From contig JADHLK010000001.1 in NCBI GenBank assembly GCA_016780695.1, positions 1-36,487 on the forward strand: a stretch of 36,487 bases of DNA. The letters are read 5' to 3'. The DNA comes from Alphaproteobacteria bacterium (GTDB lineage: Bacteria; Pseudomonadota; Alphaproteobacteria; Puniceispirillales; Puniceispirillaceae). The notes under the pieces are model-generated. The model saw only the letters and a list, made by a program, of their open reading frames with translations. It made no database searches and was not told the origin of the DNA. Below, one piece after another: positions 29,626 through 36,487 of this stretch. A program made the position numbers and the translations under genes. Position 1 is the stretch's first letter; each line of letters opens with the position of its first letter.

Positions 29626-29940
29626 TCGATTCTCCGTTTCAATTTTGCAGCCGCCTTTTATCGCAGGCTCCAAGCCTTATGCGGGACAGGATGGCGAGCA
29701 GCCAACGCTGATTAACGCCGACAGCTATCATCTGAGGAGCTGACTGTGTGTAGAGGGGGGAAGTATTTTCGATAGGCAGGCCGGTTGCCTGCCCGGTGAA
29801 TGACATCCCTGTCCGGTCATTCAGCTTGCCTGCCAGCTCTGACAGGTTTGTGCCTCATTCATCCTAGTTTGCGGCTATCCTTGGTTTTCTCTTTTCTTTC
29901 TTCATCTGCCGAGGGATATGACACGGCGCGGCATTATTTG
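29626..29940 (-). promoter_or_regulatory. structured pnp 5' leader (rpsO-pnp intergenic region)
   Basis: Several strong hairpins on the minus strand, for example GGCAGGC-AACCG-GCCTGCC (29775-29793) and GAATGAC-N11-GTCATTC (about 29799-29823), plus a polypurine tract at about 29884-29912. Its position matches the autoregulated pnp leader known in other bacteria. Confidence 0.4.
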
Positions 29941-29981
29941 CAAACAAAAAAGCTGTCCGGCCAGCATTGGCAGACAGCTTT
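29941..29981 (-). terminator. rho-independent terminator/attenuator after rpsO
   Basis: A 9-bp stem (29949-29957 with 29973-29981) with an internally paired loop. On the minus strand it is followed by TTTGTTTG. Confidence 0.65.
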
Positions 29982-30008
29982 GTTGCAAAAATATCTGGCG
30001 GGCCTTTG

Positions 30009-30278
30009 TCAGCGACGCAAGCCCAGCTTGCCGATCAGGTCTTTATAGGCCTGTTCGTTGCGGCGCTTTATATAGTCCAGCAAATGGCGGCGCTGGCCCA
30101 CCATAGTCACCAGACCGCGCCGCGAGGCAAAGTCCTTTTTATGGGTTTTCATATGCTCAGTCAGATTATTGATCCGTTCGGTCAAAATCGCGACCTGCAC
30201 CGCAGAGGATCCTGAATCTGCATCATTGGCACCGAATTCGCTGACCAGCTCAGCAGTGCGTTCCTTGGTAATCGACAT
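30009..30278 (-). CDS. rpsO: 30S ribosomal protein S15
   Basis: [16 protein letters not shown]...[15 protein letters not shown], a typical S15. The ATG at 30278 lies 6 nt after GGAG. Confidence 0.97.
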   Translation of the reverse strand: MSITKERTAELVSEFGANDADSGSSAVQVAILTERINNLTEHMKTHKKDFASRRGLVTMVGQRRHLLDYIKRRNEQAYKDLIGKLGLRR

Positions 30279-30297
30279 CATCATCTCCATTTTTTAA

Positions 30298-31242
30298 TCA
30301 GTTATCGATATTGAAGACCCGCATCGGCACCCAACGCCCCTGTTTGGGCTGAATGAGGGCAACCGGCTGACCCGCCAGCACGGCAATGGCCGGACCAGCT
30401 TCGTCTGCCAGAGCGTCTGTTGCAGACAGACCCTGACCAAACCGCAACCTTTGCGCTTCTTCTTGTGTGACAGCCAGAGCCGGGATGTCGTCCAGCACGG
30501 CCAGCACAGGCATCACGCTATGTGATGCGGCGGCACTCTGCCCCATTTTTTCCAATAAATCCAGTGAAATCGCATCTTCTATCTGAAATTTACCCACCTG
30601 CAGGCGGCGTAGGCTAATGATATGGGCCGCACTGCCCAGCACCCGCCCCAGATCACGGGCCAGGGCGCGCACATAAACCCCCTTGCCGCACCGCACCTTA
30701 AATTCGGCTTCTTGCTTGTCTGTGCGCAGCAGCTGCAGGGCCTTGACCTCTACCGTGCGGGCCGCCAGCTGTGGCAGGTCTTGCGGCGTATCGCTCTGTC
30801 TGGCCAGCTGATAGGCGCGCTGACCGGCAATCTTGACCGCCGAATAGACCGGCGGGGTTTGCTCAATCATCCCGGTAAATTGGCCCAGTATGGCGCGAAT
30901 CTCTGCTTCTGCCGGTATCTGATCAGAGCGGCGGGTGACGGTGCCTTCCCGGTCATCGGTGCTGGTCTCAGCACCCCAAGCCAGGCTGAAAGCATAGGCT
31001 TTGTGGCTGTCCATCGCATAGGAAACAGTCTTGGTTGCCTCTCCCAGAGCTATCGGCAGCACCCCAGAGGCCAGCGGGTCCAGCGTGCCACCATGCCCGG
31101 CCTTGCCCGCGCCCAGCAGGCGGCGCACACGGGCCACTGCCTGAGCGGAGCTGATGCCCTCCGGCTTGTCCAGATTAACCCAGCCATGTAGCCGGCCTGT
31201 TTTCGGTGCGTTCGCCCGGTTATTGTTATCCCGGCTATTCAT
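30298..31242 (-). CDS. truB: tRNA pseudouridine(55) synthase
   Basis: GWVNLDKPEGISS and the catalytic-Asp motif GHGGTLDPLASGVL. Confidence 0.93.
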   Translation of the reverse strand: MNSRDNNNRANAPKTGRLHGWVNLDKPEGISSAQAVARVRRLLGAGKAGHGGTLDPLASGVLPIALGEATKTVSYAMDSHKAYAFSLAWGAETSTDDREGTVTRRSDQIPAEAEIRAILGQFTGMIEQTPPVYSAVKIAGQRAYQLARQSDTPQDLPQLAARTVEVKALQLLRTDKQEAEFKVRCGKGVYVRALARDLGRVLGSAAHIISLRRLQVGKFQIEDAISLDLLEKMGQSAAASHSVMPVLAVLDDIPALAVTQEEAQRLRFGQGLSATDALADEAGPAIAVLAGQPVALIQPKQGRWVPMRVFNIDN

Positions 31243-31637
31243 CAGTCTCCGGGGGCCGCAGGCGGGCTGGCAATTTTCTGAAATAACCGGCCCATCCGGT
31301 CCGCCGTATCAAAACTGTCATCCAGCAGAAATTTCAGCTTGGGCATACGGCGTAGATGCACCCGCCCGGCTATCAGATGGCGGATTTTAGGGGCCAGATC
31401 ATTCAGCAGGCTGAGCACCAGCACCGCTTGCATCCCGCCCAGCGGCATTACATAAACCCGCGCATTGGACAGATCCGGGCTGACCGAAACTTCGGAGACC
31501 GTGATCGAAAGAGACTGCAATTCCTCAACAAAAATTTCCTGACGCAGCAACAGGCCGGCCAGCGCGTGCCGCAATTCCTCACCGACCCGCAACTGGCGGG
31601 TGGAAGGGGCTTTCGCTGTTTTTGACTTGCGCGTCAT
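31242..31637 (-). CDS. rbfA: ribosome-binding factor A
   Basis: 131 aa. R(V)GEELRHALAGLL...ITVSEVSVSPDLSNARVYV is the typical RbfA KH-like core. It sits between infB and truB. Confidence 0.9.
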   Translation of the reverse strand: MTRKSKTAKAPSTRQLRVGEELRHALAGLLLRQEIFVEELQSLSITVSEVSVSPDLSNARVYVMPLGGMQAVLVLSLLNDLAPKIRHLIAGRVHLRRMPKLKFLLDDSFDTADRMGRLFQKIASPPAAPGD

Positions 31638-31693
31638 CTTCTGAAGCCTGTCCTGCCAAAACCCGGCCAGCCGCCTTTCCAGCCAGCAGCTGG

Positions 31694-34285
31694 TTAGTCC
31701 AGCGTGCGGGCGACTTCTGTCACCTCAAAACATTCGATTTGGTCGCCCTCGGCAATGTCTGAATAATTCTCAAAAGCCATGCCGCATTCCATGCTCTCAC
31801 GCACTTCCTTGACCTCATCCTTAAACCGTTTCAGTGTCTTCAGCGAGCCTTCATGAATCACCACATTATCGCGCAGCAAACGCACCTTGCAGCCACGCTT
31901 GATAACGCCGTCTGTGACCATACAGCCTGCCACCTTGCCCATCTTGGAAATGGAAAACACCTGGCGGATTTCGGCATAGCCGATAAATTCTTCCTTGGTA
32001 TCCGGGCTGAGCAGGCCGCCCATCGCAGCCTTCACCTCATCAATCAGCTCATAGATGATCGAATGATAGCGGATATCCAACCCGTCGCGCTTGGCCAGAT
32101 CGCGGGCCTGCGGGATGGCGCGCACATTAAAGCCGATAACCAGCGCTGCCGAAGCAGCTGCCAGCGAAATATCCGATTCAGACAGCGCCCCGACCCCGCC
32201 TGCCAGTATCCGCACCTTCACCTGTTCGGTGCCCAGCTTTTCCAAGGCCACCTTGATCGCCTCAAATGAGCCATGCACATCTGTCTTGATCACCACAGGC
32301 AATTCCTCAGCCTCGCCCGCCGCGATTGCGCTGAGCATCTGTTCGACAGAACCGCGCGCTGACACAGCCGCCTCACGATCCCGCATCTGGCGGCGGCGAT
32401 ATTCGGAAACTTCTCGCGCCCGCGATTCAGATTCGACCACGACAAAAACATCACCAGCCATCGGCGTGCCATTCAGCCCCAGCACCTCCACCGGCTGGCC
32501 GGGCAGCGCCTCCTGCAGTTTTTCCCCGCGTTCATTCAGCAGCGCCCGCACCTTGCCGCTTTCGGCCCCGACCACAAAAATATCACCGATCCGCAGCGTG
32601 CCGCGCTGAATCAGCACTGTCGCCACCGAGCCGCGACCGCGCTCTACTTTGGCTTCTACAACTGAGCCTTCGGCAGGACGCGCCGGATTGGCTTTCAGCT
32701 CCAGCAATTCGGCCTGCAGCATGATCGCCTCTTCCAAAGCTACCAGCCCCTCACCGGTATGGGCCGAGACATCCACACATTGCACATCACCGCCAAAATC
32801 CTCAGTGATGATCTCATGCTGCAGCAAATCATTGCGCACCCGGGCCGGGTCAGCCCCCGGCTTATCAATCTTGTTAACCGCCACAATCACCGGACAATCA
32901 GCAGCGCGGGCATGATTGATTGCCTCTATCGTCTGGGCCATCACCGAATCATCAGCAGCGACAACCAGCACCACTATATCAGTTGTATTGGCCCCGCGCA
33001 GGCGCATCTCGGTAAAGGCTTCATGGCCCGGCGTATCAAGAAAGGTGATCACATTTTTCTGTGAAGTGGTGATCTGATAGGCCCCGATATGCTGGGTAAT
33101 GCCGCCTGATTCCCCGGCCGCAACATCGCTTTTGCGAATCGCGTCCAGCAAGCTGGTCTTGCCGTGATCAACATGGCCCATTACCGTTACTACAGGCGGG
33201 CGCGATTTCAGCTTTGCCGGATCGTCTGCCTCATCAGTTATCAGGCCGGTTTCAATATCAGAGTCTGAAACCCGCTGCACCTTATGGCCGAATTCCAGTG
33301 TTACCAACTCAGCTGTCTCAGCATCAATGGTCTGGGTTGCGGTTGCCATAATCCCCTGTTTCATCAGCTCCTTGACCACATCAGCAGCGCGTTCTGCCAT
33401 CCGGTTGGCCAGTTCCGAGACGGTGATCGAATCCGGGATTACCACATCGCGAACCTGTTTTACCTTAGGCTGGGATTCTTCACGCATCCGCGCCTTTTCC
33501 CGCTGGCGGCGCACCGAAGCCAGTGAGCGTTGGCGCATTCCTTCACTGCCGGACAGGGCTTCGGTAATGGTCAGCTTGCCACTCTGGCGGCGCATATCTG
33601 TGCCGCGCCCTCTTGCTGGACGGCGTGCGGCCTCAGCTTCTTCTTCCCGGCGACGACGCGGCGCGGTGGCATCAGGCCGACTGGTTGGCGGCCGATCATT
33701 GGTAAATTTACGAGGTGCGGCTGCCGGGGTTGCCTGACGGCGGGCATTTTCGTCAGCCAGCCGAGCCGCTTCCGCTTCTTTTTTCGCCTGGGCCTGTTTT
33801 TCTATTTCTTCCAGCTCGGCCAGCTCTGCCTGTCGGCGCGCCTCACGCGGGTCCAGCGGGGCCGCCTCAGCCGGTGTCTGCTGACTTTGGCCTGCAGCTT
33901 CCTCAGCACCTGACGCAGCCGCTGCTTCGGCAAGTTGCGTAGCCTCCTCAGCGGCCTTTGCCTCGTTTTTGCTCAAGCCGGCGCGCAGCACTTCCATGCG
34001 TTTGGCGCGCTCGGCAGCAGTCAGCGTATCTGCTGCTTCATTTGCCTCCGGCTCTGTAGCAGCCGGGCGTTGCGGGGTGGCTGGTGTCGGTAGGCCGCGC
34101 GCTGCCGGACCCCCGGGGCGGGCGGGCAGAACCGGGCGCTTGCGGCGCACCTCAACCTGAACAGTCTTGCCACGGCTGCCTGAGCCGTCCCCGCGCAGGG
34201 AGGAGGAATCCAGCGTGCCCCCCAGTGACAGTCTGGAACTGCCAGACAGGCTCAATTTCTTTGACTTGTTTGTCTCGTCACTCAT
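31694..34285 (-). CDS. infB: translation initiation factor IF-2
   Basis: The ATG at 34285 ([13 protein letters not shown]) gives a low-complexity A/E/R-rich N-terminal region, then the GTPase [20 protein letters not shown] and NKID motifs. Its start overlaps the upstream gene stop (ATGA). Confidence 0.97.
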   Translation of the reverse strand: MSDETNKSKKLSLSGSSRLSLGGTLDSSSLRGDGSGSRGKTVQVEVRRKRPVLPARPGGPAARGLPTPATPQRPAATEPEANEAADTLTAAERAKRMEVLRAGLSKNEAKAAEEATQLAEAAAASGAEEAAGQSQQTPAEAAPLDPREARRQAELAELEEIEKQAQAKKEAEAARLADENARRQATPAAAPRKFTNDRPPTSRPDATAPRRRREEEAEAARRPARGRGTDMRRQSGKLTITEALSGSEGMRQRSLASVRRQREKARMREESQPKVKQVRDVVIPDSITVSELANRMAERAADVVKELMKQGIMATATQTIDAETAELVTLEFGHKVQRVSDSDIETGLITDEADDPAKLKSRPPVVTVMGHVDHGKTSLLDAIRKSDVAAGESGGITQHIGAYQITTSQKNVITFLDTPGHEAFTEMRLRGANTTDIVVLVVAADDSVMAQTIEAINHARAADCPVIVAVNKIDKPGADPARVRNDLLQHEIITEDFGGDVQCVDVSAHTGEGLVALEEAIMLQAELLELKANPARPAEGSVVEAKVERGRGSVATVLIQRGTLRIGDIFVVGAESGKVRALLNERGEKLQEALPGQPVEVLGLNGTPMAGDVFVVVESESRAREVSEYRRRQMRDREAAVSARGSVEQMLSAIAAGEAEELPVVIKTDVHGSFEAIKVALEKLGTEQVKVRILAGGVGALSESDISLAAASAALVIGFNVRAIPQARDLAKRDGLDIRYHSIIYELIDEVKAAMGGLLSPDTKEEFIGYAEIRQVFSISKMGKVAGCMVTDGVIKRGCKVRLLRDNVVIHEGSLKTLKRFKDEVKEVRESMECGMAFENYSDIAEGDQIECFEVTEVARTLD

Positions 34286-34962
34286 TTTGCACCTTCTTGT
34301 GCTGTCCGGTCTTGTCTTTCCGACTGTCCAGCCTGTGGTCCCGTGATACACTGCTCAGGCAGGGCCTGACAAGACAGCGCCCCGATAAATGCGTCCAGCT
34401 TTTGCCAGCTCAGCCGCAATTTTTGTTGCAAGCCCGCCTGTCCGGCATAACCAGAGGCCAGCACGCCCACATAAGCCAGCGTTTCGCGCCCAAATGCCTG
34501 ACCCAGCAGGCGGGCGGGCACACCCTTGATAATCCAGCCCGGCTGCACAGATGATTTCAGCTTGGCCGCCTCGCGCGGGGAGGCATCATCAGCTATCAAC
34601 AGCCCATCCATCTGACCTGCGCCGCGCAGGGAGCCGGAGCCGCCTATCGCCAGCCCGGCCCGCCGTGACAGGGCCAGCACCCGCACAAAGTTATTGGCCA
34701 GCAAATCTGCCAGCTGCCCGGTTAGCTGTTCAGTAAGCGCCTCCGGCCCGGCTGTCAGCTGGGCTGCTTGAATGCCCAGATGCCGGGTGAAGGCTTTTTT
34801 CCGCACCGCCATAGCCAACGCCTCCGGGCTGGCAGTCACCCAGGCACCACGGCCCGGCAGCTTTTCTGCCAGATCCGGCACCAGCGCGCCATCCGGCCCG
34901 GCAACGAACCGGATCAGATTTTCGGGCGGCACTGATTGGCCTGTTGCGATACAGTGGCGCAT
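34282..34962 (-). CDS. YlxR/DUF448-type RNA-binding protein (nusA-infB operon protein)
   Basis: [24 protein letters not shown]...LPGRGAWV is the YlxR signature. The start is ATG at 34962 or TTG at 34971. The longer C-terminal part is as in alphaproteobacterial homologs. Confidence 0.8.
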   Translation of the reverse strand: MRHCIATGQSVPPENLIRFVAGPDGALVPDLAEKLPGRGAWVTASPEALAMAVRKKAFTRHLGIQAAQLTAGPEALTEQLTGQLADLLANNFVRVLALSRRAGLAIGGSGSLRGAGQMDGLLIADDASPREAAKLKSSVQPGWIIKGVPARLLGQAFGRETLAYVGVLASGYAGQAGLQQKLRLSWQKLDAFIGALSCQALPEQCITGPQAGQSERQDRTAQEGAK

Positions 34963-35000
34963 TCGCCTCAACGCTCCTCTTAATTGCAGCCGATGGCCCG

Positions 35001-36487
35001 CTAGGCCCCGGTTGACTCCCCAGCAGATTCTGCCTCTGTTTCCTCAGCAGATGCTGTCTCTGATTCCTCGCCAGGAACAGCCTCTGCTTCGTCTGCTTCC
35101 TCATCCGCAAACCAATGGGCGCGGGCGGCCATGATGATCTCACCGGCTGTCGCCTCATCCTCAATACCGAATTCACCCAGCAGGCCGGACAATTCCTCTG
35201 AATCCAGCTCGGCCAGATCATCGAGGCTACGCACATCATTTTCTGCCAGTTTCAGCATCATTGGCAGGCTGAGATAGTCCACCTCGCGCAGGTCCGCTGC
35301 TACTTCCAGCCGTTCCAGCTCGCCTTCAATTCGGGCGGTCTCAGCAGTCACAAATTCGGTTGCCCGATTATGCAACTCGCCGGCAACATCCATATCAAAG
35401 CCCTGAATTTCAGCGAGGTCCTCAACCGCGGTCTCGACAATATCCTCAACCACAACAAAGCCTTCAGCGACCAGCAGATGCGCTATCACATCATCAATAT
35501 TCAGCGCTTCAATGAAGCGGGAAGAACGTTGCTTGAATTCTTCCTGGCGTTTTTCGGATTCCTCGGCCTCCGTCAAAATATCAATATACCAGCCGGTCAG
35601 CTGCGAGGCGAGACGCACATTCTGGCCGCGCCGCCCAATCGCCAGGCTGAGCTGATCATCCGGGACCACCACTTCCATGCGGCCAGCCACCTCATCCATC
35701 ACCACCTTGGCGACCTCTGCCGGAGCCAGAGCATTCACCACAAAGGTGACCGGATCTTCGGAAAACGGGATAATCTCAATTTTCTCCCCTTGCAATTCGC
35801 CGACCACCGCCTGCACTCGGCTGCCACGCAAGCCAACACAGGCCCCGACCGGATCAATAGAGGTGTCGCGGGACATAACAGAGATTTTCGCACGGCTGCC
35901 CGGCTCGCGCGAGACCGCCATAATCTCAATGATCCCGTCATAGATTTCCGGCACTTCCTGAGTGAACAGCTTGGCCATGAATTCATTGCTGGCACGCGAC
36001 AGGAAGATTTGCGGGCCGCGCTGTTCTTCCCGCACATCCAGAATATAGGCACGCACCCGGTCGCCCTGGCGCAGATTTTCGCGCGGGATCATTTCCTCAC
36101 GCCGGATAACCCCTTCGCCGCGGCCCAGATCAACAGTAATCGAATAGCTTTCTGCCCGCTTGATCGTGCCCACCACAATCTCACCGACCCGATCCTTATA
36201 TTCTTCATACTGGCGGGCGCGTTCTGCCTCACGCACCTTCTGGCTGATTACCTGCTTGGCGGTCTGGGCAGCGATGCGGCCAAATTCAATCGGCGGCAGG
36301 GGCTGGCGCAAAAACTCACCGGCAGACAGATTGAATTTCTGCCCCTCGGTCAGGCTCATCTGGGTGGCATCATCCTCAACTTCCTCAACCACTTCGGTCC
36401 AGCGTTCCAGCGTGATGGTGCCGTTCTTACGGTCGATCATGGCCCGAATATCACGGTCATTTCCATATTTGGAGCGGCCCGCCTTTT
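35001..36487 (-). CDS. nusA: transcription termination/antitermination factor NusA (5' end truncated by the window edge)
   Basis: The frame stays open to the window end (..KAGRSKYGNDRDIRAMIDRKNG..). It has an S1 domain, two KH domains (GACVGLRGSRVQ, AIGRRGQNVRLAS), HhH repeats and an acidic tail. Confidence 0.95.
   Translation of the reverse strand, partial: KAGRSKYGNDRDIRAMIDRKNGTITLERWTEVVEEVEDDATQMSLTEGQKFNLSAGEFLRQPLPPIEFGRIAAQTAKQVISQKVREAERARQYEEYKDRVGEIVVGTIKRAESYSITVDLGRGEGVIRREEMIPRENLRQGDRVRAYILDVREEQRGPQIFLSRASNEFMAKLFTQEVPEIYDGIIEIMAVSREPGSRAKISVMSRDTSIDPVGACVGLRGSRVQAVVGELQGEKIEIIPFSEDPVTFVVNALAPAEVAKVVMDEVAGRMEVVVPDDQLSLAIGRRGQNVRLASQLTGWYIDILTEAEESEKRQEEFKQRSSRFIEALNIDDVIAHLLVAEGFVVVEDIVETAVEDLAEIQGFDMDVAGELHNRATEFVTAETARIEGELERLEVAADLREVDYLSLPMMLKLAENDVRSLDDLAELDSEELSGLLGEFGIEDEATAGEIIMAARAHWFADEEADEAEAVPGEESETASAEETEAESAGESTGA

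Noticed and set aside
29800-30215. Plus-strand ORFs of 62-82 aa in and around the rpsO-pnp spacer.
   Set aside because: They overlap the rpsO coding sequence, its terminator and the structured pnp leader on the opposite strand. They have no RBS or motifs.

Overview
This is a roughly 60% GC chromosomal segment that looks alphaproteobacterial and is almost entirely core housekeeping genes, tightly packed. The taxonomic call rests on RegB/RegA, the DUF1737 and DUF1058-SH3 proteins, and the ubiE-ubiB-coaBC-dut and fabA-fabB-fabI synteny. Gene order from left to right:
- A Gfo/Idh/MocA oxidoreductase, a small orphan ORF and an HpcH-type aldolase (+ strand).
- A long minus-strand run: DMT transporter, DUF4864 protein, metZ, DUF1737, regA, regB, gyrB, recF, dnaN, dnaA, then rpsT, a small exported protein and mutM.
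- A plus-strand block: ubiE-ubiB-coaBC-dut and a MoeB/ThiF-like gene.
- A 2-hydroxyacid dehydrogenase (-), then a DUF1058-SH3 protein and fabA-fabB-fabI (+).
- The classic minus-strand nusA (5' truncated by the window edge)-ylxR-infB-rbfA-truB-rpsO-pnp cluster.

I found no rRNA, tRNA, CRISPR array, transposase or integrase. The only clearly accessory element is a two-gene cassette at 25467-27299 on the minus strand, wedged between fabI and the pnp terminator. It encodes a DNA methyltransferase with AdoMet motif I before an SPPF catalytic motif, followed immediately by a 202-aa protein with a PD-(D/E)XK signature. I read it as a type II restriction-modification-like system of unassigned family. 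It is my best candidate for a second look, but it may simply be an ordinary R-M pair. Secondary oddities:
- An in-frame Cro/YdaS-like HTH extension in front of coaBC.
- A perfect 14-bp tandem repeat and a GANTC cluster in the dnaA leader.
- regB-regA sitting 6 bp behind gyrB.
- An AT-rich left edge.

All calls come from reading the sequence and ORF translations by eye. No database search was run.
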